From contig JANRLW010000070.1 in the NCBI GenBank assembly GCA_033762295.1, positions 1-64,000 on the forward strand: a stretch of DNA of 64,000 nt, written 5' to 3'. The stretch is from Capsulimonadales bacterium. Its GTDB lineage: Bacteria; Armatimonadota; Armatimonadia; Armatimonadales; Armatimonadaceae. The notes below the pieces were generated by a model. It saw nothing but the letters and a program-made list of their open reading frames with translations. It made no database searches and was not told the origin of the DNA. A program made the translations under genes and the position numbers. Positions within the stretch are counted from its first letter, which is position 1, and every line of letters starts with the position of its first letter. Positions 11,066 through 20,963 of this stretch are shown here, in pieces.

Positions 11066-12238
11066 TCAAGGAGCGGTTTCGGCGTGCGACGTTTCCGGGA
11101 AATCGCCGGAAGTCAGCGCGACGCCCAAACCCGGCGCGTCCGGCAGCGCCATCGTTCCATCCTCCGCCAGGGTCGGCTCCGGGGTGACCAGCGCCCGACG
11201 CAGTTCCGACGGCCACAGAAGCGGGGAGAGAAACTCGAAAAAAGGCGCATTGGCCGTCGCCGCCTGAAAATGGCGGCACGCCGCGACCGTGATACCCGTC
11301 TTCCAGGCATGCGGGACGACAAGTGCGCCATACCACTGCGCCATCTCGGCGATCCGTCGAATCTCGGTCAGCCCCCCGCAACGATTGATATCCGGTTGTA
11401 AAACGTCCACTTTTCCGCGTTCCAGCCATTCGCGGCATTCCCACCGGGTCGCGGCGAACTCCGCTCCGCCGATCCGAACCGCGACGGCGTCCGCAAGGCG
11501 GGCATGACCGGCCAGATCATCATGCGACAGGGTCGCCTCCGCGAAGAAGAGCCGACAATCCTCGGAAGCGCGGAGGACATAGGCGGCCTCTCGCCAGTCC
11601 GTGAAACGGTAGCCGAAGTCGGCGATCAACTCGATGTTCGGGCCGACCGCCTCACGCGCCGCCCGGATCGCCGCGATCAGTTGGTCCGACGTCATTTCGG
11701 GAAACAACAGTTCCGCCTTGACCGCCCGAAAACCGAGAGCGACCGCCCGCCGCAGCAGGTCGAGCAGCGCGTCCGTGTGTTGCGTGACCGTGCGATCGGC
11801 GGCGGAGCCGACGTAACAGGTGGCGTACGGAGTCAGTCGCGCACGACGCGCCCCGCCGAGAAGCCGGTATGCGGGAACCTGATACTGCTTGCCCGCCAGG
11901 TCGTATAAAGCCATATCCACGGCGGACAGGGCATGAATGCCAAGACCACGTCGTCCGGTGTACAGGGTCGCCTCGTAGCTTCGGTCCCAGAGCGCGGGGG
12001 CCTCGAGCGGGTCCGCCCCGATCAGCAGGTCGGACAGTCGCTGACTGAGATCGTGTGCGTGACGCATCTCCAGAAACGCCCGAACGGCGTCCGGCGGGGC
12101 GTCGGCCTCGCCGATGCCGGTTCGTCCGTCAACGTCGGTCAGGCGGACCACGATCGTATGGGAGGAGGGATCGAGCCGCTCCGACGACCCCTCCGTGGAC
12201 GCCTCAAACGTGAACGTTTCCAGGCGTGCGATTTTCAT
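11066..12238 (-). CDS. Mandelate racemase/muconate lactonizing enzyme family
   Basis: SAVDMALYDLAGK, LQPDINRCGGLTE and PGLGV motifs. Confidence 0.88.
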   Translation of the reverse strand: MKIARLETFTFEASTEGSSERLDPSSHTIVVRLTDVDGRTGIGEADAPPDAVRAFLEMRHAHDLSQRLSDLLIGADPLEAPALWDRSYEATLYTGRRGLGIHALSAVDMALYDLAGKQYQVPAYRLLGGARRARLTPYATCYVGSAADRTVTQHTDALLDLLRRAVALGFRAVKAELLFPEMTSDQLIAAIRAAREAVGPNIELIADFGYRFTDWREAAYVLRASEDCRLFFAEATLSHDDLAGHARLADAVAVRIGGAEFAATRWECREWLERGKVDVLQPDINRCGGLTEIRRIAEMAQWYGALVVPHAWKTGITVAACRHFQAATANAPFFEFLSPLLWPSELRRALVTPEPTLAEDGTMALPDAPGLGVALTSGDFPETSHAETAP

Positions 12239-12966
12239 CGCGTCTCTTCCGGGACGACGTTAAACTCGGACCCCCGACGGAAAAGCCCCATCAACTGGGC
12301 GCGTCGCTCGCCCTTACCCTCGATATACTCGGTCATTTCGCGCAACGGGCGCGGACGTTCCGGGTACGCGCACTGTTTATGCCAGAAGTGACCGTAATAG
12401 ACGAAGATGCCGCGCCGTGGCCGGTCGGTTTCGTTCCGCCCCGTCCGATGCCACAGCGCGTCGGAAAAGACGACCATCGTGCCGGCGCGACATTCGACCG
12501 TTACCTCGCCCGGAATCGGCGCGAAAAGTTCGTCCGGAGTGAGCGTGAACGGCCCCCGGTGCGAGCGGGGAACCACTCGCAGCGCGCCGTTGACCGGCGT
12601 CAGGTCATCCAGGTAGAGGGCGCAGTTGACCGTATTGACGACCGGCGAGAAGTACGGATGATCGGTGTGCCAGGCCATGTCGCCGCCGCCCGCCGGGCAC
12701 GTTCGCAGATCCATCGCCAGCAGTTGAAGGTCGTCGCCGATCAGCCGTTCCAGCACGGGGAGACCCGCGTGTCCGTCGATCAGGTCTTCGAAGACGGGAG
12801 AGAGGGCGAGCAGGTTCCGGTCCGTCGCCTTCCGCTCGGTCAAAGTCTCCGTGGCCGTCCGCAGGCGGTCCAGGTACGCGGACGAAACCGCCTCCTCGAG
12901 GAGCACGTATCCGTTCTCATGGAAAAAGGCGGCCTGTTCCTCCGTCGTTCGGGGTCGGAGCGGCAT
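12235..12966 (-). CDS. Phytanoyl-CoA dioxygenase family (Fe/2OG)
   Basis: FHENGY, WHTD, NGALRVVPRSH and LWH motifs. Confidence 0.85.
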   Translation of the reverse strand: MPLRPRTTEEQAAFFHENGYVLLEEAVSSAYLDRLRTATETLTERKATDRNLLALSPVFEDLIDGHAGLPVLERLIGDDLQLLAMDLRTCPAGGGDMAWHTDHPYFSPVVNTVNCALYLDDLTPVNGALRVVPRSHRGPFTLTPDELFAPIPGEVTVECRAGTMVVFSDALWHRTGRNETDRPRRGIFVYYGHFWHKQCAYPERPRPLREMTEYIEGKGERRAQLMGLFRRGSEFNVVPEETR

Positions 12967-12975
12967 GTTTCCTCC

Positions 12976-13806
12976 TTATTCCTCCCCGTCAGAAACGCCG
13001 AGAGAGCGGAGCAGGACCCGGGTCAGGCGGTTCGGCTTTCCGTAGAACCGGCGCGTCCTCTCGTCCGGCGCATTCCGCCGGAGGCGCGGGGGCAGAATCG
13101 TCGCGTCATTGATCGGCTCACGATCCGGATGCCCGTAATACACCTGGAGAATCCGCCGCTGATGGGGCGTCTTGCGCATCGTCAGACCATGATAGATCGC
13201 GCAATTAAAGAAAATCGCCGTTCCCGCCCGACCGTGAAAGTGGACCGTGCCCCGCCGCCGTAACTGCTCCTCCAGAGGAACGGGTTCGCTTCCGGCGACC
13301 TCCGGACTGAGGGTGAAGCAGTGAGTCGTCTCATCGACATCGGTCAGGTAGACGATCAGCTGCGGATAGTCCAGACCGTACGGGTGTTCCGGCCAGTGGG
13401 CGCGGTCGCGATGCCATCCCGTCGGTTTCTCGACCTCGCTCGGTTCGGTAATCTGGACCGCCGACTCCTCGAACACGTACTCGCTGCCCATCAGGGCATC
13501 GAGCAGTTCGAGAACGGCCGGTGGGCGAAAGGCGACATCGACCGCCGGTTCGGTCAGGAGAAGGTTACAACCGCAATTGGGGTTCCCCTGAAACCACCAG
13601 AGAAACGGGTTCTCGCTCCGATCCCGGTCGATCGCCTCATGGATGGCGCGCACCTCGTCCGGCGAAAGCAGGTTCGGCAGGACGACGTAGCTGTTCTCGC
13701 GGAAAAAGTCGAGGCGGTCCTTTGGCGCGGGCGCGTTCGCCTCGTTGGCGACCGTGGTCATGGTGGTCGTGACGGTCGGTTCGACAGGATCGGAAATGGA
13801 ACTCAT
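12976..13806 (-). CDS. Phytanoyl-CoA dioxygenase family (Fe/2OG)
   Basis: WHRD, VYLTDV and IYH...R motifs. Confidence 0.8.
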   Translation of the reverse strand: MSSISDPVEPTVTTTMTTVANEANAPAPKDRLDFFRENSYVVLPNLLSPDEVRAIHEAIDRDRSENPFLWWFQGNPNCGCNLLLTEPAVDVAFRPPAVLELLDALMGSEYVFEESAVQITEPSEVEKPTGWHRDRAHWPEHPYGLDYPQLIVYLTDVDETTHCFTLSPEVAGSEPVPLEEQLRRRGTVHFHGRAGTAIFFNCAIYHGLTMRKTPHQRRILQVYYGHPDREPINDATILPPRLRRNAPDERTRRFYGKPNRLTRVLLRSLGVSDGEE

Positions 13807-13888
13807 GTCTCCATCCTACCCAATTACCCGCCCGGAAATCCACCGGTCACGGGGCGGGTCTTCCGTGTCCGTACGTACTTCACCCCTG

Positions 13889-13929
13889 CGATACTATCTT
13901 TTGACGATACTATCTCGAAATAATAGTAT
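13889..13929 (+). promoter_or_regulatory. sigma70 promoter of higBA with a probable HigA operator
   Basis: TTGACG(13901)-17-TAGTAT(13924); CGATACTATCT direct repeat at 13889 and 13905; ATACTAT/ATAGTAT inverted repeat. Confidence 0.7.
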
Positions 13930-13938
13930 GGTGTCATC

Positions 13939-14157
13939 ATGATCGGGTCCTTCAAAGACGCCGAAACGGAACGAATATTTCGCGGAGAGCAATCAGCAAA
14001 GTTCCCTGCGGATATTCAGAACCTGGTACGGCGCAAGTTGAGAATGATCGACGCAGCCACGAGGTTGGAAGACCTTCGAATTCCTCCGGGGAATCGACTG
14101 GAAAAACTGCAAGGCGGCCGGGCAGACCAACACAGTATCCGCGTCAATGACCAATAG
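13939..14157 (+). pseudogene. higB: HigB (RelE/ParE) toxin with a premature amber stop
   Basis: MIGSFKD...LRIPPGNRLEKL...HSIRVNDQ followed by TAG where the family has W (NDQWRI); the downstream residues are degenerate. Confidence 0.8.
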
Positions 14158-14206
14158 GGAATCCGCTTCCACCGGGAAGCCGGGACAAGGAAGGTTCGTT
14201 GGAATT

Positions 14207-14509
14207 ATGGCGCGACTGGAGAACATACACCCGGGTGAGGTGTTGGAGGAAGAATTTTTGATTCCGATGGGTATCACTGCATATAAGCTCGCAAAGAGCA
14301 TCGATGTGCAGCAAACACAGATAAGTCAGATCATCCATGGCAAGCGTGCCATTACCGCCGCGACAGCATTGCGGCTTGCGGCCTTCTTTGGCACGTCGGC
14401 CCAGTTCTGGCTGAACCTTCAGGCACAGTACGACCTGGAGGAAGCACGGCAAGAGATGGGAGAAGCGCTGGCCGCCATCCCGCGCCATTCCGTGTTAGCC
14501 TCAGCTTAA
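14207..14509 (+). CDS. higA: HigA antitoxin (HTH)
   Basis: IHPGEVLEEEFL...ALRLAAFFGTSAQFWLNLQ. Confidence 0.93.
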   Translation: MARLENIHPGEVLEEEFLIPMGITAYKLAKSIDVQQTQISQIIHGKRAITAATALRLAAFFGTSAQFWLNLQAQYDLEEARQEMGEALAAIPRHSVLASA

Positions 14510-14598
14510 ATACTGACCTGTAGAATTTCTGTTTCCATGTCTTTGAAGGAGCCGGTCGCCGATTGACAGCGATCGTGCCGGGCCGTTACGATGACCGC

Positions 14599-15528
14599 AT
14601 GGACGGATACTTCGATCTACAGGTGAACGGTTATGCGGGTATCGATTTCAATCACGACGATCTGACGGCGGACGACCTGCGCCGCGTCTGCCGACGTCTG
14701 GCGGACGAGGGCGTCGCCGGGATTCTGGCGACCGTGATTACCGAGGAGATCGAAGTCATGGGTCGCCGCCTGCGCCGCCTGGTCGAACTGTGCGCCACCG
14801 ACGCCGAAATCGCCGCCGTGATCGCCGGCCTGCATATCGAAGGGCCGTTTTTGAATCCGACCCCCGGTTATCGCGGCGCGCACCCGGTCGACGCGATCCG
14901 TCCGGCGGAGATCGACGTCATGGCCCGTCTGGTCGAGGCCGGAGGCGGATGGGTCCGTCTGGTAACCCTCGCGCCGGAGCAGGATGCCGGGTTCGCCGTC
15001 ACCCGGTGGCTGTCCGACCGGGGGATTGCGGTCGCCGCCGGCCACTGCGACCCGTCGCTCGACGTGCTGGACGGCGCGATCGACGCCGGTTTGACTCTGT
15101 TCACCCATCTGGGCAACGGCTGTCCGATGACGATGCATCGTCACGACAATGTGATTCAGCGAGTTCTGAGCCGTAGCGACCGTCTGTTCGTTACCTTTAT
15201 CGGGGACGGGGTTCATGTCCCGTTTTTCGCCCTGCGGAACTACCTGAACGTCGTGGGTCCGGAACGCGCGATTATCGTGACGGATGCCATGGCGGCGGCC
15301 GGTCTGGGTCCGGGTCGTTATCAACTGGGTCGCTGGGCGGTCGACGTCGGCGAGGACGGCGCGGCCTGGGCGCCCGACCGCTCGCATCTGGTCGGCGCGG
15401 CGATCACCATGCCCCGGTGCGTCGAAAACCTGCGCACTCGCCTGGGCCTCTCCGAATCCGTCGTCCGTCGCCTCACCGCCGAAAACCCCGGAACGGTCGT
15501 AGGACTCCGGTCCCGGAATGTCGTATAG
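14599..15528 (+). CDS. nagA: N-acetylglucosamine-6-phosphate deacetylase
   Basis: DLQVNG, HIEGPF, VTLAPE, THLGNG and VTDA motifs. Confidence 0.88.
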   Translation: MDGYFDLQVNGYAGIDFNHDDLTADDLRRVCRRLADEGVAGILATVITEEIEVMGRRLRRLVELCATDAEIAAVIAGLHIEGPFLNPTPGYRGAHPVDAIRPAEIDVMARLVEAGGGWVRLVTLAPEQDAGFAVTRWLSDRGIAVAAGHCDPSLDVLDGAIDAGLTLFTHLGNGCPMTMHRHDNVIQRVLSRSDRLFVTFIGDGVHVPFFALRNYLNVVGPERAIIVTDAMAAAGLGPGRYQLGRWAVDVGEDGAAWAPDRSHLVGAAITMPRCVENLRTRLGLSESVVRRLTAENPGTVVGLRSRNVV

Positions 15529-15616
15529 CCGGGTCTTCGTTTTTGGGTCTTTCCGATCATACGGGAACCATCGATCGGCGTTATACTCACATCACCGGGA
15601 AAAACGGAGGCGGACG

Positions 15617-16987
15617 ATGGAAGAGCGAGAAATCACCCTGGAGCAGCGGTCGTGGCTGGAGCGAGAGATCGCGGAGTGGCGGCGGCGCGGGGTCGTGACG
15701 GACGAAACGGCAACACGTATTCTCGAACTGTATGTGCCCGCCGCCACAGTCGCCGAACGAAAGGGCGCGACGCTGGTCTATGCCCTGATGACCATTGCTG
15801 CTCTCCTGACCGGCGTTGCCCTCCTCCTCCTGATCGGCTTCAACTGGGCGGCTATTCCCAATCCTGTTAAACTTATACTGCTGTTCGCCATTCTCGGCGG
15901 CGTTCAAGGCATCGGATGGCATCTTCGCTACCGAAAAAACGAGCCGCGTCTTGCCGACGTCGCCTTCTTCCTCGGTTGCTTTATCTATGGCACGAACGTC
16001 TGGCTAGTTCAACAGGTGTTTCATGTCAGTGCCCCTGCCACGGTCGGCCTGCTCTGGTGGGCGGCGGGAGTCCTGCCATTCGTCCTGATCCTGGATCGCC
16101 CGGTCTTTCACGCCCTTCTCGTCGGCCTACTCGGTCTGTGGAGCCTGTACTTCGCGCCATTTTTCGGCGGCGGTTCGGGCGGCTTTCCCTGGCAACACTG
16201 GTTGCCGCCTTTGATCGTCCTGTTGCCGGTTGCTCTTCCGGGAATATGGGTTGGTCATCGCAACGAACGCCCGGATTTGATCCGTTTTTACGTGCCTTTG
16301 GTCGTCTGCTGGTCCGTTCTCCCGCTATGGGAGAGCGACGGGTGGACGCTTCCGCCCGTTCTCGGCCTGCTCGGGACCGTTTTCCTGATGGTTGCCGAAT
16401 GGCCATCCCTCACCGAACCGATGCGAACACCGTACCGTCGGTACGGCGGACTGCTCGCCGGCGGCGTATTGCTCCCCCTCGGCTACTACGGATGGCATAC
16501 CGCGTTTTCCGGGACGGGCGGGTTAAGGACCGGCTCACCAGGAACGGGGATGGTGATCCTGGCCGTCGCCGCCTCCGCCGTCTTTCTGCTCGTTCATGAG
16601 TTCCGGAACGGCAATCGCGCACGTTGGTTCCGCCAGGACTTCTTGTTGCGTTGCTCCCTGGCGATCCTGTTCGCCGCACAGACCGGACTGGCGTTCCGGC
16701 AACCGCCCCACGCCACCGAACTTGCCCTCCTCCTGAGTCTGCTTTCGAACGCGGCAACCCTTGGACTGGCCGTTTCCCTGATCCGCCGCGGACTTTTGCA
16801 CGACCGGGGAACCCCCTTCGGTTTCGGAACCGCCTATCTGCTTCTTTGGATCTGCCTGCGGTACTTCGATCTCTTCGGCGAAGTCGGAGGAATGCTCGGA
16901 GCCGGGTTACTCTTCGCGCTTTGCGCAGGCATCCTGTTCGGAGTGGCATTCCACTGGCGAAACCGAAAAGGAGTCCACCATGCCTGA
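15617..16987 (+). CDS. DUF2157-domain membrane protein
   Basis: N-terminal 'EIAEW..G.V' and 'NWAAIP'; many TM helices; paired with a GDYXXLXY gene. Confidence 0.8.
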   Translation: MEEREITLEQRSWLEREIAEWRRRGVVTDETATRILELYVPAATVAERKGATLVYALMTIAALLTGVALLLLIGFNWAAIPNPVKLILLFAILGGVQGIGWHLRYRKNEPRLADVAFFLGCFIYGTNVWLVQQVFHVSAPATVGLLWWAAGVLPFVLILDRPVFHALLVGLLGLWSLYFAPFFGGGSGGFPWQHWLPPLIVLLPVALPGIWVGHRNERPDLIRFYVPLVVCWSVLPLWESDGWTLPPVLGLLGTVFLMVAEWPSLTEPMRTPYRRYGGLLAGGVLLPLGYYGWHTAFSGTGGLRTGSPGTGMVILAVAASAVFLLVHEFRNGNRARWFRQDFLLRCSLAILFAAQTGLAFRQPPHATELALLLSLLSNAATLGLAVSLIRRGLLHDRGTPFGFGTAYLLLWICLRYFDLFGEVGGMLGAGLLFALCAGILFGVAFHWRNRKGVHHA

Positions 16988-17495
16988 TGAGAGGGAGAAA
17001 CGCGGTCCGCGTCAACTGCTTGCCGCAATCCTGTTCCAGTTCGCGATCCTGTTGATCCTCATCGCCGGTGCCGCCCGTCCGCTGATGATCGGACAACCGG
17101 TTCTTCTGCGCGTGATTCCCGTCGATCCGCGCGATGTGTTCCGGGGAGAGTACGTGACGCTCCGCTACCTGGGAATCCACGATCGCCCGGTCCCGACAGG
17201 AACGGCGTCCGCATCGGTAGGGGGAGAGGCAGTCTACGTTCCGCTGACCCCGGACCCGGACGGGAAACACTGGACGCCGGGAGCGCCGGTGTGGGAACGT
17301 CCGAAAATCGGACGGTTCCTCCGCGGAACAAGGCAGACGTCCGGGCAGGTACATTACGGCATCGAGTCGTATTATTTGCAGAGCGGAACCGGTCGGACCT
17401 ACGAGGAGGCACTGCGCGACCGACGCCTATCGGCGGAGATCGGGCTGACCTCCGACGGCCAGGGGATCGTGAAACGTCTGGTCATCAACCCCTGA
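16980..17495 (+). CDS. GDYXXLXY-domain protein
   Basis: PVDPRDVFRGEYVTLRY and YGIESYY. Confidence 0.88.
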   Translation: MPDEREKRGPRQLLAAILFQFAILLILIAGAARPLMIGQPVLLRVIPVDPRDVFRGEYVTLRYLGIHDRPVPTGTASASVGGEAVYVPLTPDPDGKHWTPGAPVWERPKIGRFLRGTRQTSGQVHYGIESYYLQSGTGRTYEEALRDRRLSAEIGLTSDGQGIVKRLVINP

Positions 17496-17583
17496 TCCGT
17501 TGGGCCGACGGAGGAGCAACGACCGCTCCCTGAAGGAATTTGCCGTTTTCCGAAGCGGAAACGACCGGGGGTAAATCATCGTC

Positions 17584-18933
17584 ATGAAACGCTACGCCAT
17601 TGTCGGCCTGGGCAGTCGTTCCTCGCTCTACACTCACGCCCTGCACACCGATTTCCGCGAGTTCGGAACGCTCGTCGGCTTCTGCGATCCGAACCGCACC
17701 CGCATGAACTACTGGAACGCCCACTACGCCCGATCCCTCGGCGTCGAACCCGTTCCCACCTACACCCCGGCCGATTTTGAAACCATGCTGACCGAACAGG
17801 CCGTCGATACGGTCCTCGTGACGAGCATCGACCGGACACACGACGACTACATCCTCCGCGCGATGCGGCAAGGATGTGATGTCATCACCGAGAAACCGAT
17901 GACCATCGACGCCCCCCGCTGTCAGCGTATCCTCGACACGATCCGAGAGACCGGGCGACAACTGGTCGTCACCTTCAACTACCGCTACGCCCTCCTGCCG
18001 ACCCGCATCCGGGAAGTGCTGCGGACCGGGGTGATCGGCGACATCCTCTCCGTCCATTTCGAATGGCTTCTCGATACCCGACACGGAGCCGACTACTTCC
18101 GACGCTGGCACCGCGACAAACGCAACTCCGGCGGCCTCATGGTCCACAAGGCGACCCACCACTTCGATGTCGTCAACTGGTGGCTCGGCTCCTATCCCGA
18201 AACCGTCTACGGCATCGGGCAACTGGCGTTCTACGGACGGGAAAACGCCGAAAAACGGGGCGTGACCGCGTTCTACGAACGGGCAAAAGGTAGCGAGGCG
18301 GCCAGAGACGACCCGTTCGCCCTGCATCTCGACCGGCATACCCGACTGACCGCCCTCTACGGCGACGCCGAGCACGAGGACGGCTACGTCCGCGATCGGA
18401 GCGTCTTCGCCGACGGCATCTCCATCGAGGACGATATGGCGGTCCTGGTCCGCTACGCCTCCGGTGCGACCATGACCTATCACCTGACCGCCTACTCGCC
18501 CTGGGAAGGGTGGCGCATCGCGTTCAACGGAACGAAAGGCCGCCTGGAAGCGGAGATGCACCAGAATTCCTATATCAGCGGCGGGTCGGGCGACCCGAAC
18601 ACCCCGAACACCCCGAACACCCCGAACGCACGGACCGTCCCGTGGGCAAAGGAGGCCGATCTGCGCGAGGAAGCCTTCATCCGTGTCCGCCCCCACTGGG
18701 AGAAACCGTTCGATGTCGAGGTGCCGACCGCGACCGGCGGGCATGGCGGCGGGGACGAACGACTGTTGCGCGACCTGTTTCTGCCGGAACGCGAACCCGA
18801 TCCGCTCGGACGCGCCGCCGGACCGATCGATGGCGCGTACTCCCTCCTGACCGGAATCGCCGCCAACCGATCGTTTGCCACGGGACTGCCCGTGCGCATC
18901 GCCGACCTCGTCCGATTCCAATCCCGATTCTGA
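17584..18933 (+). CDS. Gfo/Idh/MocA oxidoreductase
   Basis: VGLGSR, EKP, HGADYFRRWHR and GHGGGD motifs. Confidence 0.9.
   Translation: MKRYAIVGLGSRSSLYTHALHTDFREFGTLVGFCDPNRTRMNYWNAHYARSLGVEPVPTYTPADFETMLTEQAVDTVLVTSIDRTHDDYILRAMRQGCDVITEKPMTIDAPRCQRILDTIRETGRQLVVTFNYRYALLPTRIREVLRTGVIGDILSVHFEWLLDTRHGADYFRRWHRDKRNSGGLMVHKATHHFDVVNWWLGSYPETVYGIGQLAFYGRENAEKRGVTAFYERAKGSEAARDDPFALHLDRHTRLTALYGDAEHEDGYVRDRSVFADGISIEDDMAVLVRYASGATMTYHLTAYSPWEGWRIAFNGTKGRLEAEMHQNSYISGGSGDPNTPNTPNTPNARTVPWAKEADLREEAFIRVRPHWEKPFDVEVPTATGGHGGGDERLLRDLFLPEREPDPLGRAAGPIDGAYSLLTGIAANRSFATGLPVRIADLVRFQSRF
18595..18627 (+). repeat. In-frame 9-bp tandem repeat (CCGAACACC x3.7, encoding PNT)
   Basis: Seen directly in the sequence. 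Confidence 0.9.
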
Positions 18934-19082
18934 TCCCTTCCGATGCCGCTCGCGATTGCCAAGATTCGGGCGTTTCGTATATGATGGACCCCGGGAAGGG
19001 GGCATCGCCGGAAAAAGGCGAAGCGGGAACCTTCCCGGGGTTCAAGAACGAACCGACACACTTATTGTTTGGGGAGGGGCCA

Positions 19083-20909
19083 ATGCGGAAATCGCGACGA
19101 TCTTTTGCCATCATCGGCGGGGCAACGGGCCTTGCCGCACTCGTCGGCGGGTGCGGTTCCGGTTCAGGGAATCTGGCGGATTTGAACACGCCCGTGTTTC
19201 GCGGACGAGAATTCATCGTTCTGGGCGTGCCGGCGGTCGATCCCGTGACGTCCGAACCGCTCGAGTTTACGCATGTAAACCCGGCGGCGCCGGACGGTGG
19301 GGACGGCACCGCTTTCCGGCCGTTCAAAACGGTCGCGGCCGCCGCCGCGGTCACCAAACCGGGCGGAATCATCTATGTCCGAAGCGATGCGGCCGGGAGA
19401 CTGCCCGGATTTGTCGTGCCAGCCGGCGTCAAGGTCCTTTCGGCCGGAATAGCCCAGAGCGTCGACGTCAGGGGCCGGGGAGCCGTCGCCCTTCCGTTCT
19501 CTGCAAACGGCGTCCGCCCCGTGGTGACCGGCACCGTGACTCTCAGCAGAGACACCAGGCTGTCCGGTTTCGATATCACCCCGTCGACCGGCGCCGGAAT
19601 CGTGGGAGTGAATGTCACCGGCAATGTCGAGATCGCCGATAACATCGTCCGCCGGGCCGGAGCCGGCAACAGCGCCATCTTCGTGTCCAATACGAGCGGC
19701 GACGCCACACTGCGAATCGCGAATAATTCGGTCTCCGGCGGCAATGACAGCGGAATTCAGGTAAAGAGCGACGGCACCGCCGTGATTAACGCGACCGTGA
19801 CCGGGAATACCTCGACCAATAACCTCGGATCGGGTATCTTCTTCTATCTGTTCCGGGGGCGCGTGACGGCAACCATCTCCGGGAACAACACCCGCGAAAA
19901 CCGGGCGCGTGAGCCTCAGGAGGCAGGTATCCGCTTCGGAGTGTTCAATGACGCGGTCGGTAATCTGACCCTCACCAACAATACGTCCACCAACAACGTC
20001 GCCAACGGGTTCTTTGTCGGCACGCAGGGGACGAGCCGGACCCAGGTGGCCGTCTCCGGAAACACGTCGACCGGCAATACGGGCAACGGCCTTTTCGTCG
20101 GAGCGAATGAGAATGCCGCCGCGACCGGAACGATCGAAAGCAACACCGTCAGCAACAACCGGATCAATACCGCCTTTTCGCCCTTCCCGACCGGCAACGG
20201 TATCTTTGTCGGGGCGCAGGTGAATGCCAGCGCCGACATCACGGTGCGAAACAACACGACCGCCGGTAATGGCGACATCGGCATTTTCTGCTTCACGGCG
20301 AACAACGGCAAGGAGACCGTCAACGTCCTCAACAATACGTCGACCGGCAATACGCGAAACGGTATCGAAATCAACGCCGGTTTGAACGGCGGTCCCGGCG
20401 TTCCGGCGGCGCCCGGCGACCGACCGGAAGCGACCGCCGTCGTGTCCGGTAACATCATCACCGGAAACCTCGGTATCGGTCCGCCGCTCGGCGGCGGCGG
20501 CCTGTTCGTCCTGGGCTTCAACCGGGCGGTCCTGCGCGTCACTGCGCAGAACAATCGGATCGAGGGCAACGCGACGTCCGCGGGCGCGTTCGGCGGAATG
20601 GCCGTCGTCAGCGTTCAGAACGCTCAGGTACTTGCGACGGTTCGGTCCAATACCTTCACCGGAAACCGGGGAGCCAATCCGGGCTTCACCGCCCTGGCCG
20701 GAGTGCCGCCGACCGTACTGGGGGGAACCCTGGCCGGTCCCTCCTCCATCGCTCTGCGCCTGACCGGCAACGCGTCGGACAACGGCTACGCGCTGGTTCG
20801 CTCGCCCGGCACGACCCTGGCGGCGGAGACCACCGGCAATACCGGGGGACCCGTCGTCGTTCCCGCACTGCCCGTGGAACCTCTCGGCAGCATCGTCCTG
20901 CCCGACTAG
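19083..20909 (+). CDS. Secreted lipoprotein with right-handed parallel beta-helix repeats
   Basis: Signal peptide with lipobox LVGGC; GDGTAFRPFKTV motif; Asn/Gly-rich 'GNTSTxN..GI' repeats. Confidence 0.8.
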   Translation: MRKSRRSFAIIGGATGLAALVGGCGSGSGNLADLNTPVFRGREFIVLGVPAVDPVTSEPLEFTHVNPAAPDGGDGTAFRPFKTVAAAAAVTKPGGIIYVRSDAAGRLPGFVVPAGVKVLSAGIAQSVDVRGRGAVALPFSANGVRPVVTGTVTLSRDTRLSGFDITPSTGAGIVGVNVTGNVEIADNIVRRAGAGNSAIFVSNTSGDATLRIANNSVSGGNDSGIQVKSDGTAVINATVTGNTSTNNLGSGIFFYLFRGRVTATISGNNTRENRAREPQEAGIRFGVFNDAVGNLTLTNNTSTNNVANGFFVGTQGTSRTQVAVSGNTSTGNTGNGLFVGANENAAATGTIESNTVSNNRINTAFSPFPTGNGIFVGAQVNASADITVRNNTTAGNGDIGIFCFTANNGKETVNVLNNTSTGNTRNGIEINAGLNGGPGVPAAPGDRPEATAVVSGNIITGNLGIGPPLGGGGLFVLGFNRAVLRVTAQNNRIEGNATSAGAFGGMAVVSVQNAQVLATVRSNTFTGNRGANPGFTALAGVPPTVLGGTLAGPSSIALRLTGNASDNGYALVRSPGTTLAAETTGNTGGPVVVPALPVEPLGSIVLPD

Positions 20910-20918
20910 GAAAACCCC

Positions 20919-20954
20919 GGACGGCAGACCGATCCCCCGATCGGTCTGCCGTCC
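20919..20954. terminator. Perfect 16-bp hairpin between convergent genes
   Basis: GGACGGCAGACCGATC-cccc-GATCGGTCTGCCGTCC. Confidence 0.75.
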
Positions 20955-20963
20955 TCCCCGCAC

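Noticed and set aside
14155..14157. Pyrrolysine or stop-codon read-through in higB
   Set aside because: The sequence after TAG is also degenerate, and TAG is a normal stop elsewhere (e.g. dnaJ); a pseudogene is simpler.
18510..19082. Extended N-terminus of the beta-helix ORF
   Set aside because: Overlaps the upstream oxidoreductase; the RBS and lipoprotein signal favour ATG 19083.
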